This document shows positions 8,863 to 17,822 of a DNA stretch of 64,000 nucleotides, piece by piece. The translations under genes were made by a program, and so were the position numbers. Position 1 is the first letter of the stretch; the number at the start of each line of letters is the position of its first letter. This DNA comes from Bacteroidota bacterium. Lineage in GTDB: Bacteria > Bacteroidota > Ignavibacteria > UBA10030. The stretch lies in assembly GCA_049522195.1 (NCBI GenBank), contig JBEKOB010000011.1, forward strand, positions 6 to 64,005, in the 5' to 3' direction. Below the pieces are notes generated by a model. The model saw only the letters and a program-made list of their open reading frames with translations, was not told where the DNA came from and did not search any database.

Positions 8863-10113
8863 ATGACTCCCCAACAAGCGAAAACCGAGGCCGAGCGCTG
8901 CCTGCAATGTTTCGACGCTCCGTGTATGGAGGCGTGTCCGACCCACATCAACGTCCCCAAGTTCATCTCGATGATCAGATCGGATAACGTGATTGGAGCA
9001 GCTGAGGTAGTCAAGACGTCCAACGCGCTGGCAAACACGTGCGGCAAGATTTGCCCAGAAGAGATTTTTTGCCAGTCGGTCTGCACACGCACCAAGGAAG
9101 ATGCGCCGATTCAAATTCGCGAGCTGCATTTATTTGCTACGCAACAGGAACAGAAAAAGGGATTCTCGGCACCGAAGTTAGCTGCCAAGTCGACGAAGAA
9201 TGTTGCAGTCATCGGTGCGGGTCCGGCCGGACTGGGCTGCGCGTTCGAACTGGCAAAATTGGGGCATCAGGTCGATATGTACGACGCTGGCAAACCGGGC
9301 GGAGTTCCACGACAAAGCATACCTTCGTTCAGACTCGCGGTCAGCGAGCTCGAGGCCGACACCAAATTTCTGTCCCGATTCTTCAGACTGAAGAAACAGA
9401 CTGTCGATGCGAAAGCGTTCGACCGGATCCGGAAAGCACATCAAGCGATATTTCTTGCCGTTGGACTCGGCGAAGATCGCACGCTGGGAGTCCCCGGTGA
9501 GAACCTCAAAGGGGTTTTGCCGGTGCTTTCGTTCCTGGAGAACGTAAAGGCAAAGCCATCGAGCGTCAGGGTGGGCAAGAAAGTGATCATCGTGGGCGGT
9601 GGCAATGTGTCGCTTGATGCGGCTGCGACTGCGAAACGGCTGGGGGCTGAGAACGTGATATTGATTTACCGCCGGAGTGAGAAGGAAATGCGTGTGTGGA
9701 AAGGCGAGCTCGATGAAGCAAGAAGACAGGGGGTTGAGATCCGTTTCCTGGTTAACCCGGTAAGCATTGTCGGTAAGAACAAAGTGCAAGGGATCAAGTG
9801 CCGTCGAACTCGGCTGGGCAAACAAAAAGACAAAACCGGCAGACCGGTGCCTGTTGAGCTGAAGGGGTCCGATTTTGTGCTTGAAGCTGACACCATCATT
9901 ATCGCCGTAGGTCAGACAATTGAAGCAAAGTGGCTCGGCGATTTCGATCGAAGAGGCAGTGGATATGTGAAGGTCGCGGAGAATTTTGGAACATCCATGC
10001 CAGGAGTGTTTGCCGGTGGCGATATGATTGAAGGGGAAGGAACGATCGTTCAGTCGGTGGCGCACGGCAAGTACGCTGCCCGCGCCATCCATGAATACTT
10101 GACAGCGAGGTGA
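8863..10113 (+). CDS. preT: PreT/GltD-like NAD(P)H-dependent oxidoreductase subunit (dihydropyrimidine dehydrogenase-like, Fe-S + FAD)
   Basis: N-terminal CLQCFDAPCMEACP and CGKICPEEIFCQSVC clusters. Dinucleotide folds VAVIGAGPAGLGCA and VIIVGGGNVSLD. Confidence 0.7.
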   Translation: MTPQQAKTEAERCLQCFDAPCMEACPTHINVPKFISMIRSDNVIGAAEVVKTSNALANTCGKICPEEIFCQSVCTRTKEDAPIQIRELHLFATQQEQKKGFSAPKLAAKSTKNVAVIGAGPAGLGCAFELAKLGHQVDMYDAGKPGGVPRQSIPSFRLAVSELEADTKFLSRFFRLKKQTVDAKAFDRIRKAHQAIFLAVGLGEDRTLGVPGENLKGVLPVLSFLENVKAKPSSVRVGKKVIIVGGGNVSLDAAATAKRLGAENVILIYRRSEKEMRVWKGELDEARRQGVEIRFLVNPVSIVGKNKVQGIKCRRTRLGKQKDKTGRPVPVELKGSDFVLEADTIIIAVGQTIEAKWLGDFDRRGSGYVKVAENFGTSMPGVFAGGDMIEGEGTIVQSVAHGKYAARAIHEYLTAR

Positions 10114-10123
10114 GGGGAAACGT

Positions 10124-11356
10124 ATGGAATACAAAATCATGAAGGAAATTGAAATCTATCCAGCGCGGGATTTATCGTACGATTTTCTCGGGATTCACTT
10201 CGAGAATCCATTCATCCTTGCCGCAGCTCCGTCCACGGACGACCTTGACATGGTCCGCCGTGCATTTGAGATAGGGTGGGCGGGAGCAATCCTGAAGACC
10301 ACATCTATCGAGGGAACGCGCGTCGATCTCTGCTATCCGATGATGTCCACCTTCAACCATGAAGGGAAGAAACTATTCGGGATGGGAAACATCGACCTCA
10401 TCTCCGAACATCACATCGACAAGGTCGAATACAACGTTCGGACGTTGAAAAAGGAGTTTCCGGAAAAGATGGTGGCAGCAAGCATCATGGCAGGGCGGAA
10501 AGAAGACTGGCAATCGCTCGTCCAACGGCTTGAAAAAGCAGGAGCAGACCTCATCGAATGCAGCTTTTCGTGCCCGCAGGGAAACATCGGTGAGGATCCG
10601 GGAAAAATGCTTGCACAAAGCCTGAGTGCCACTGAGCTCACCGCTCGCTGGGTCAAAGAGGCAACATCGAAGACCCCGGTATCCATCAAGATAACACCTC
10701 ACGTCACCGACATCGTCGAAGTGGCACGGGCGGTGAAACGTAGCGGGTGCGATGCACTCACGGCGTCCAACTCCATCCAGGCTCTGATGGGGATTGATAT
10801 TCACTCATTTGCTCCGCATCCGAGTCTGGGAGGAAAATCGACGTATAGCGGCATGACAGGCCCGGCCATCAAGCCGATCACGCTCCGGACCATTGCGGAA
10901 ATTGCCCGCAACGTTGACATCCCGATTCTCGGGACCGGCGGGGCATCGACGTGGAGCGATGCGGTCGAATTCATGGCTGTTGGTGCCGGCGTCGTTGAGT
11001 TCTGCACGGTGGTGATGCACCACGGGTTCCACGTGATCGATGAGCTGCGCAATGGAATGTCGCACTACCTCGATGATATGAAGTTCTCTTCTCCGTCAGA
11101 AATCGTCGGCAAGGCTTTGCCCAATATCGTCATGCACGATGATTTGCCACGGCAGACAATCCGGAGCCACATCAACGAAAAGCTCTGCATCGGATGCGAC
11201 GTCTGCTATGTCGCATGCCGCGACGGTGGCCATACGGCCATTGACCAACGGCCGAACAGAGTTCCTCACGTCGACTGGGATCGGTGCGTCGGCTGCGGTC
11301 TCTGTCAGTTCGTTTGCCCGGTGGATGGGTGCATTGAGATGCGCGTGAAAGCGTAA
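10124..11356 (+). CDS. preA: PreA-like dihydropyrimidine/dihydroorotate dehydrogenase-fold subunit with C-terminal 2x[4Fe-4S] ferredoxin domain
   Basis: DHODH-like barrel blocks (ILKTTS, SFSCPQ, NSIQAL, ILGTGG). C-terminal CIGCDVCYVACRD and CVGCGLCQFVCP. Starts 10 nt after the preT-like stop. Confidence 0.7.
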   Translation: MEYKIMKEIEIYPARDLSYDFLGIHFENPFILAAAPSTDDLDMVRRAFEIGWAGAILKTTSIEGTRVDLCYPMMSTFNHEGKKLFGMGNIDLISEHHIDKVEYNVRTLKKEFPEKMVAASIMAGRKEDWQSLVQRLEKAGADLIECSFSCPQGNIGEDPGKMLAQSLSATELTARWVKEATSKTPVSIKITPHVTDIVEVARAVKRSGCDALTASNSIQALMGIDIHSFAPHPSLGGKSTYSGMTGPAIKPITLRTIAEIARNVDIPILGTGGASTWSDAVEFMAVGAGVVEFCTVVMHHGFHVIDELRNGMSHYLDDMKFSSPSEIVGKALPNIVMHDDLPRQTIRSHINEKLCIGCDVCYVACRDGGHTAIDQRPNRVPHVDWDRCVGCGLCQFVCPVDGCIEMRVKA

Positions 11357-11393
11357 CAAATCACCATCGTGAAGTTGTGAACAAGGGAGTACG

Positions 11394-12587
11394 ATGACAC
11401 AAAAGCAATTACAGTCAGCACTCAGTGAGTTGAAGAAACTCAAGCTTGGCATGTTCAACAAGGATTTCCTCCTTACGTGGGAACGCAGTGACGATGAGAT
11501 CAAGGGGGTCGTCATTGTTGCAGAAATCTTCAACCACCTGCACAAGGCAGGGATTTCTTTCCGGACGTTCGAGACCGGTCTGGCCATTTCGATTTTCCGG
11601 GACAAGTCAACACGCACACGGTTCAGCTTTGCGTCGGCGGTGAACGCTCTGGGTCTGGGGCTCTCTGAGCTTGATGAAGAGAAATCCCAGATTGCTCATG
11701 GCGAGACCGTCCGAGAAACCGCCAACATGATTTCCTTTCTCGCCGAGACAATCGGTATTCGGGATGACATGTTTCTGGGCGAAGGAAACAAATATATGCG
11801 TGAGTTCGGTGCGGCAGTAGAGGAGGGCTTTGAAAAAGGTGTTCTTCATCGCCGTCCGACTGTCGTAAACCTTCAGTGCGATATCGATCATCCGACCCAG
11901 ACGCTGGCCGATCTCCTGCAGTTGAAAAACCATTTCGGATCGCTGGAAAGCCTTCGTGGCAAGAAGATAGCGATGACGTGGGCCTACTCCCCGAGTTACG
12001 GGAAGCCGCTCTCAGTTCCTCAGGGAATTATCGGTCTGATGACGAGATTTGGAATGAACGTTTCGCTTGCCTACCCGAAGGGATATGATCTGATTCCCGA
12101 CGTTGTGAATGTAGCGAAGAAGAATGCGAGTCAGCGTGGAGGATCGTTCACTGTCGTCGACAGTATGGAACAGGCATTCGAAGGCGCAGACATTGTTTAT
12201 CCAAAATCGTGGGCCCCTTATGAGGTGATGCAGCGAAGGACAGAATTACTCAATGCGAATGACAAGGAAGGGCTGATCGGGCTGGAGAAAGAGTGCCTGG
12301 CAAACAACGCCCGGTTCAAGAACTGGGAGTGCGACGAAAAAAAGATGAAGCTGACAAAGAAGGGCGAAGCCCTTTACATGCATTGTCTCCCGGCAGACAT
12401 CTCCGGGGTAAGCTGTGGGCAAGGAGAGGTCTCAAAAACCGTCTTTGAGAAATACCGGCTGGCTACGTACGCAGAGGCCGGATTCAAACCGTTTGTGATT
12501 GCAGCGATCATCTTTCTCACGCGGATGCAGAAGCCGTTGGAGACCCTCCGGGCAATCATAAAACGCAATTATAGCAGAACGGTGTAA
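11394..12587 (+). CDS. ygeW: YgeW-like (knotted) carbamoyltransferase
   Basis: Transcarbamylase motifs STRTRFSF, HPTQ and HCLP. About 400 aa. RBS AAGGGAG upstream. Confidence 0.75.
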   Translation: MTQKQLQSALSELKKLKLGMFNKDFLLTWERSDDEIKGVVIVAEIFNHLHKAGISFRTFETGLAISIFRDKSTRTRFSFASAVNALGLGLSELDEEKSQIAHGETVRETANMISFLAETIGIRDDMFLGEGNKYMREFGAAVEEGFEKGVLHRRPTVVNLQCDIDHPTQTLADLLQLKNHFGSLESLRGKKIAMTWAYSPSYGKPLSVPQGIIGLMTRFGMNVSLAYPKGYDLIPDVVNVAKKNASQRGGSFTVVDSMEQAFEGADIVYPKSWAPYEVMQRRTELLNANDKEGLIGLEKECLANNARFKNWECDEKKMKLTKKGEALYMHCLPADISGVSCGQGEVSKTVFEKYRLATYAEAGFKPFVIAAIIFLTRMQKPLETLRAIIKRNYSRTV

Positions 12588-12589
12588 GG

Positions 12590-14050
12590 ATGTCTGAAAT
12601 GTCGAAAATCATTAAGCAGCGCTACCCCGATGTTGTCAAGAAAACTGCCGCACGCTGCAAAGAACGCGGTGTGGTTATCCCGACCTTTGCGCAGATGCGC
12701 GATCCACAGCTCATTCCTGAGTCGATCAGGAAGAAGCTCTCGGGAATCGGTCTCTGGGATATCAATCCGCTCAATCTCTTTCGAATCACCTGGAAGAATG
12801 ACATGCAGACGGGGATGTTCGGCGGTGTGAATTATCTCGAAATCCCATCTGCGATCACCGGTGTGCGGGCCCGCGTCATTGGCCTCATCGGCAAGTACTT
12901 CCCGACCGGAGCGCACAAAGTTGGCGCTGCGTTCGGCTGCCTTGTCCCGCGCCTGGTCAGCGGAGAGTTTGATCCTGCGCGGCACAAAGCAGTATGGCCG
13001 TCGACGGGCAACTTCTGCAGAGGGGGAGCGTTCGATTGCGCTTTGCTCGGGTGCACACCGGTCGCCATACTCCCGGAGGAAATGTCGAAAGAGCGATTCC
13101 AGTGGCTGAAAGAAATCGGTGCGGAGGTCATCGCCACGCCGGGTTGCGAGTCGAATGTGAAAGAGATTTATGACAAGTGCTGGGAGCTGAAGAAAGATCC
13201 GATTAACATCATCTTCAATCAGTTCGAGGAATTTGGCAACCCGATCTGGCATTATAACGTTACTGGTCCGGCGATTGAGGAAGTGTTCAGCGTACTGGGT
13301 TCCGAGAAGCTGCGAGCCGCTGCGTACGTTTCCGCTACCGGCTCTGCGGGAACGATTGCCGCAGGAGACTATCTCAAGAAGCAGCACCCCCATCTCAAGA
13401 TTGTCGCCGGCGAAGCGTTGCAGTGCCCGACGCTGTTCATGAACGGCTTTGGGGGCCATCGCATCGAAGGCATCGGAGACAAGCACGTGCCATGGGTTCA
13501 CAACGTCCGAAATACGGATGCAGTAGCTGCCGTCGACGACGAAGACTGCATGCGCGTTCTCAGACTCTTCAATGAACCGGACGGCAAAAAGTATCTTGCA
13601 TCATTAGGTATTCCGCAACAACAGGTGGATCGGTTGTCGCTTCTCGGTATCTCCGGTATCGGGAACATGCTTGCTGCGATGAAGGCAGCCAAGTACTTCG
13701 AATTGACGAGCGACGATGTCGTCTTCACAATCTTCACGGATTCTGTTGATCTCTACCAGTCGCGGCTTGAAGAGCTTCGCAAGGAACGCGGCGCATATTC
13801 TTCAGTGGCGGCGGCAAGGGATCATGCCGGACCGCTTGCACACCAATCGATCGATTTCTTCAAGGAACTGGGTTACTACGATCGAAAGGCGATTCACAAT
13901 CTTAAATACTACACGTGGGTGGAGCAACAGGGAAAAACCTACGAAGAGATCAACGCACAATGGGATCCCGAGTACTGGCGAAGCTTGTTTGAGGATGAGG
14001 TAGGATACTTCGATACGCTGATCGGCGAATTCAATACTCTGGCCAGCTGA
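12590..14050 (+). CDS. Fold-type-II (Trp-synthase-beta superfamily) PLP-dependent lyase/thiolase-like enzyme, OrtB-like
   Basis: Blocks PTGAHKVGAAFGC (putative PLP lysine), STGNFCRGGA and SATGSAGT (glycine loop). The ATG lies 2 nt after the ygeW-like stop. Confidence 0.55.
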   Translation: MSEMSKIIKQRYPDVVKKTAARCKERGVVIPTFAQMRDPQLIPESIRKKLSGIGLWDINPLNLFRITWKNDMQTGMFGGVNYLEIPSAITGVRARVIGLIGKYFPTGAHKVGAAFGCLVPRLVSGEFDPARHKAVWPSTGNFCRGGAFDCALLGCTPVAILPEEMSKERFQWLKEIGAEVIATPGCESNVKEIYDKCWELKKDPINIIFNQFEEFGNPIWHYNVTGPAIEEVFSVLGSEKLRAAAYVSATGSAGTIAAGDYLKKQHPHLKIVAGEALQCPTLFMNGFGGHRIEGIGDKHVPWVHNVRNTDAVAAVDDEDCMRVLRLFNEPDGKKYLASLGIPQQQVDRLSLLGISGIGNMLAAMKAAKYFELTSDDVVFTIFTDSVDLYQSRLEELRKERGAYSSVAAARDHAGPLAHQSIDFFKELGYYDRKAIHNLKYYTWVEQQGKTYEEINAQWDPEYWRSLFEDEVGYFDTLIGEFNTLAS

Positions 14051-14063
14051 CGGAAAGGCAAGT

Positions 14064-15269
14064 ATGCAGAACAAGATTCTTGGCGCAGCACAAAACAATG
14101 AACGGCAGGTGGTGAAATTCCTGCGTGACCTGATCGCGATCAAGTCGATCAGTTCGCAGGAAGAGCAGGTCATTGAGCGTATCAAAGAGGAAATGGAGCG
14201 GTGCCGGTACGACGAGGTGACGATTGATCCGATGGGGAACATCCTCGGCCGCATTGGTAAAGGGAAACACATCATTGCTCTCGACGCGCATGTCGATACG
14301 GTCGATGTCGGCAACCCTGCGAACTGGACGGTCGATCCCTTTAAGGGAGCAGAGAAGGATGGCATCATCTATGGCCGGGGCGCCTGCGATATGAAAGGTG
14401 CTCTTGCTTCAATTGTGTACGGTGGCAAGCTGATCAAAGACTTGGGGCTCGAGGACGATTTCACACTCTACGTCGTCGGGAGCGTGCAGGAAGAAGATTG
14501 CGATGGATTGTGCTGGCAGTATATCATCAATGAGGACAAGCTACGTCCTGAAATCGTTGTCATTGCAGAACCGACAAACCTCGGCATCTACCGCGGCCAT
14601 CGGGGTCGGATGGAAATCCAGGTACATACGAAGGGAATATCGTGTCACGGATCGGCTCCGGAGCGTGGAGTGAATGCGGTCTACAAGATGGCTCCGATCA
14701 TACAAGACATAGAAAAATTGAATGACCGTCTCAAGGGGGAGCCATTCCTCGGCAAGGGAACAGTCACGATTTCAGAAATCCGCTCAACGTCCCCCTCGCT
14801 CTGTGCAGTTGCAGATTCCTCTTCGATTCATCTTGACCGCCGCCTGGCAGCAACGGACACGTTGATGTCGGCCGTGCAGGAGATCCAGGAATTGCCGAGC
14901 GTGAAACAGGCGCAAGCTGATGTCGTTGTGCTGGATTACGCTGTCCCGAGCTGGAAAGGACTGACATATCCGACGAAGAAATATTACCCCACCTGGCTTT
15001 TGCCGGAGAACCATCCTGCGCTGGGGAGCGGTGTGACCTCGTTCGAAAAGTTGTTTGGGGAAAAGCCGGTAGTCAATCGTTGGCAATTCAGCACGAACGG
15101 CGTTGCCGTGATGGGCATGCACAGCATCCCATGCATCGGCTTCGGACCGGGGAACGAGATCTATGCACACATGGCAACCGAGCAGATCGCCATTAACCAG
15201 CTCGTGAAGGCAATGGCCTGGTACGCAATGTTCCCGCTCGTCTATACGGATTCTGCGAAGCAGCGTTGA
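14064..15269 (+). CDS. ygeY: YgeY-like M20 family metallo-hydrolase/deacylase
   Basis: M20 metal and catalytic blocks ALDAHVDTV, GRGACDMKG and VQEEDCDG. About 400 aa. Sits next to a ygeW-like gene, as in E. coli. Confidence 0.7.
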   Translation: MQNKILGAAQNNERQVVKFLRDLIAIKSISSQEEQVIERIKEEMERCRYDEVTIDPMGNILGRIGKGKHIIALDAHVDTVDVGNPANWTVDPFKGAEKDGIIYGRGACDMKGALASIVYGGKLIKDLGLEDDFTLYVVGSVQEEDCDGLCWQYIINEDKLRPEIVVIAEPTNLGIYRGHRGRMEIQVHTKGISCHGSAPERGVNAVYKMAPIIQDIEKLNDRLKGEPFLGKGTVTISEIRSTSPSLCAVADSSSIHLDRRLAATDTLMSAVQEIQELPSVKQAQADVVVLDYAVPSWKGLTYPTKKYYPTWLLPENHPALGSGVTSFEKLFGEKPVVNRWQFSTNGVAVMGMHSIPCIGFGPGNEIYAHMATEQIAINQLVKAMAWYAMFPLVYTDSAKQR

Positions 15270-15282
15270 TTCTCCGCTTATC

Positions 15283-16392
15283 ATGAACATCCTGTCTGAA
15301 ATCGTCAGCGCTTTAGCGGCGCGTGACCGCGTGGTGCTTGCAACAATTGTCTCGTCGTCGGGATCAGCGCCATTGCCCACCGGCTCTTCCATGCTGGTTT
15401 GCGAACATGGCATGCGCGTGCTGGGAACGGTTGGCGGAGGATTGCTTGAAGCGAGTGTAACCAAAGAAGCGAAAGAATTCTTTATTGATGCCAAAAAATC
15501 GGTGACAAGAACATTCGAACTGAACGAGTCCGGCAGCGAAGAGGGCATGATTTGCGGTGGTACCGTTGAGGTGTTGATCGAGAGGATTGGCGAAGAGGCT
15601 CTCGCCGTGTTCTCGCGGCTAGCCGGAATGCACAATGACGGGAATGATTGCACGCTTCTGCGCCGGATCGATCCGTCCGGTGAGGTAACAAGGTATGCGT
15701 TTGAAGATAGAACTGAGCAGGTCGTACTCCTCCAGTTATTCGATGGACTTCTGAAAGAACTCGAAATTGAGACCGGAATATTCCTTCAAAGTCTCCAGCG
15801 GTCTCATCGGGAGGAAAGCGTGAGGCACATCGCTTCGCAAGGAGGCGAGCTGATCATTCAACCGATTGTTGGAATACAGCCGCTGATTATCTGTGGGGGC
15901 GGCCATGTTGGTCGTTGTCTCTCGACAATAGCCGCAGCAACCGGCTTTACGGTGACCGTTGTTGACGACAGGGAAGAATACGCCACACCCGGGCGCTTTC
16001 CAGAAGCGGCCCGCATTATATCAAAACAATGGAACGAGGCGTTTTCAGAAATTGCCATAACACCATCGACCTCCATCGTGATCGTGACACATGGGCACGA
16101 GTCGGACAAAGAGGTCTTACGTCTTGTCATCAATACGTCGGCGAGGTACATTGGCATGATTGGGAGCGGCAAGAAGGTTGCTGCGACCTATGACGGTCTT
16201 CGAAAAGAAGGGATACCTGTTGAGGCGTTCAAACGAGTTCATGCTCCGGTTGGTCTCGATCTGGGCGCCGTGACGGCAGAGGAAATAGCAGTGAGCATCG
16301 TTGCAGAGCTCGTTCGTGAGCGACGCCGTTTTCATGGAATTTTGTCTCCTTTATCGGACCGCATGAATCGGTGGTTCGATCGAGCTGAATAA
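15283..16392 (+). CDS. xdhC: XdhC/CoxI family molybdenum-cofactor insertion/maturation protein
   Basis: N-terminal VLATIVSSSGSAPLPTGSSMLV...GTVGGG block and central Rossmann LIICGGGHVG. Confidence 0.75.
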   Translation: MNILSEIVSALAARDRVVLATIVSSSGSAPLPTGSSMLVCEHGMRVLGTVGGGLLEASVTKEAKEFFIDAKKSVTRTFELNESGSEEGMICGGTVEVLIERIGEEALAVFSRLAGMHNDGNDCTLLRRIDPSGEVTRYAFEDRTEQVVLLQLFDGLLKELEIETGIFLQSLQRSHREESVRHIASQGGELIIQPIVGIQPLIICGGGHVGRCLSTIAAATGFTVTVVDDREEYATPGRFPEAARIISKQWNEAFSEIAITPSTSIVIVTHGHESDKEVLRLVINTSARYIGMIGSGKKVAATYDGLRKEGIPVEAFKRVHAPVGLDLGAVTAEEIAVSIVAELVRERRRFHGILSPLSDRMNRWFDRAE

Positions 16393-16634
16393 CCACGTTC
16401 ATTATGCGATGAAGAATGTTCGTCCTGATGAAAGGCGAACATAGGTCATAGTCCCCCACCACGAGTCTTATTCCCGATACTCTTCACCCAGCCGAAATCC
16501 CCTCTGTGCCCGTTTCCCAGGGCTTTTCTACCCGTGCCAGGAATCGGAATACCATTTGTTCGGGATGAAAAAAGGACTTGACAATAGCGGACAATACGTG
16601 TACTCTTGACATACCTAGTATACCAGGTTAGGAA

Positions 16635-17789
16635 ATGCCAATCGATGTCCGCAATTCAACGCCTCTGTACTTTCAGATTATCGACGAGATCAAGTCGAAG
16701 ATCGCGCGTAAGGAACTGAAACCCGGCGATCAGCTTGGTTCTCACGCGGAACTTGCGTCCGCCTACAAAGTCAGCCTGATCACCGTGAAAAAAGCGCTGG
16801 CGACGATGATCCAAGAGGGGGCACTATACAGCCGCGTTGGCAAGGGAACGTACGTTGCACAACCATCCGTCGATGCGCCCCGCCTTGAACAGAAAACGAT
16901 CGGATTGGTCCTCCAGGATTTCAGCAGTCCCTTTTTCTCCCGCATGATGCACAGCGTCGAAGACGCCGCCTACGAGCTTGGCTATCATGTACTCATTTCC
17001 AATTCCTCCGGTAAGGCTGAAAAGGAAGATGCCCAGATCGCCCGGTTCAAGAAGTTCGGCGTCAGCGGTTTGATCGTCGCGTCGATGAGCCACAGGTACC
17101 ATGCGTCACCGACGATCCGCAGATTGCTCCGCGAGGGTTTCCCGTTCGTCATGGTCTCCTACACCGCGGATGAAGATGTTCCGTTTGTCGGCAGTGATCA
17201 CAAGCTTGGCGGCTATCTCGCGACAGAACATCTCATCAGGCTAGACTATGAACGGATTGGCTTCGTCGACGGTGAAAAAGGTAATCTGGTTGGGGGTCTC
17301 CGCAGACAGGGCTACGAAGAAGCCTTGAGAGCGAATGGCCGAAGAGCCGATAAGCGGTTGCTGTTTCGCCTTCGGATGAAAGGAGAACGGCACGACTATC
17401 AATCGGGATATGAGATTGGAAAGAAGATCTCAAAGCTTGCCGTCAGGCCGGACGCGATCTTTGTCTATAACGACCTCGCAGCACTCGGCCTTGAGGATGC
17501 AGCGCTCGAACGGGGACTGAAGATCCCGGATAACCTTGCGGTCGTCGGGTTTGACGATATCGAGCGGGGAGAATATGCAACAGTGCCTCTGACAACCATC
17601 CGCCAACCGACTGACGCAATCGGGAAGCAGGCAATGGAACTGCTCCTCCGGTTTATGTCGGGTAAGAGGACCGTCATCCGCAGAGTAGTGAAACCCGATT
17701 TGGTAATCCGTGAGTCGTGCGGTGCAAAAAAGGCGCGGAACGGTAAAGGAAACTCCCTCGCGCGCAACGGAAACAAGGCTCATAGCTAA
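16635..17789 (+). CDS. AraR-type chimeric regulator: GntR winged-helix N-terminus fused to a LacI/PBP1-type sugar-binding domain
   Basis: N-terminus YFQIIDEIKSKIARKELKPGDQLGSHAELASAYKVSLITVKKAL (GntR HTH), followed by IGLVLQDFSSPFF...VVGFDDIE, typical of LacI-family effector domains. Confidence 0.7.
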   Translation: MPIDVRNSTPLYFQIIDEIKSKIARKELKPGDQLGSHAELASAYKVSLITVKKALATMIQEGALYSRVGKGTYVAQPSVDAPRLEQKTIGLVLQDFSSPFFSRMMHSVEDAAYELGYHVLISNSSGKAEKEDAQIARFKKFGVSGLIVASMSHRYHASPTIRRLLREGFPFVMVSYTADEDVPFVGSDHKLGGYLATEHLIRLDYERIGFVDGEKGNLVGGLRRQGYEEALRANGRRADKRLLFRLRMKGERHDYQSGYEIGKKISKLAVRPDAIFVYNDLAALGLEDAALERGLKIPDNLAVVGFDDIERGEYATVPLTTIRQPTDAIGKQAMELLLRFMSGKRTVIRRVVKPDLVIRESCGAKKARNGKGNSLARNGNKAHS

Positions 17790-17822
17790 AACCACGTTAC
17801 TGAAACATATGAAGGACATCGC

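Noticed and set aside
8858-8866. A mini-uORF, ATG-TTA-TGA, whose stop overlaps the preT-like ATG.
   Set aside because: It is only two sense codons with no RBS of its own. It is most likely a chance arrangement and is noted only as context for the heptad-array finding.
84-16392. Selenocysteine codons or SECIS elements in the Mo-hydroxylase cluster.
   Set aside because: All genes read through without in-frame TGA, and no split ORF pair suggests a recoded stop. Selenium dependence of such hydroxylases involves a labile cofactor ligand, not Sec, and cannot be judged from this sequence.
16416-16442. The hairpin ATGTTCG...CGAACAT after xdhC, considered as a terminator of the purine operon.
   Set aside because: The stem is interrupted by a bulge and no U-tract follows, so the evidence is too weak to call a terminator.
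16578-16634. Promoter and AraR-like operator upstream of the chimeric regulator.
   Set aside because: The TTGACA hexamers lack a convincing -10 at proper spacing, and the ACAATACGTGTACT segment has poor dyad symmetry. It is mentioned only as a low-confidence lead and not annotated as a feature.
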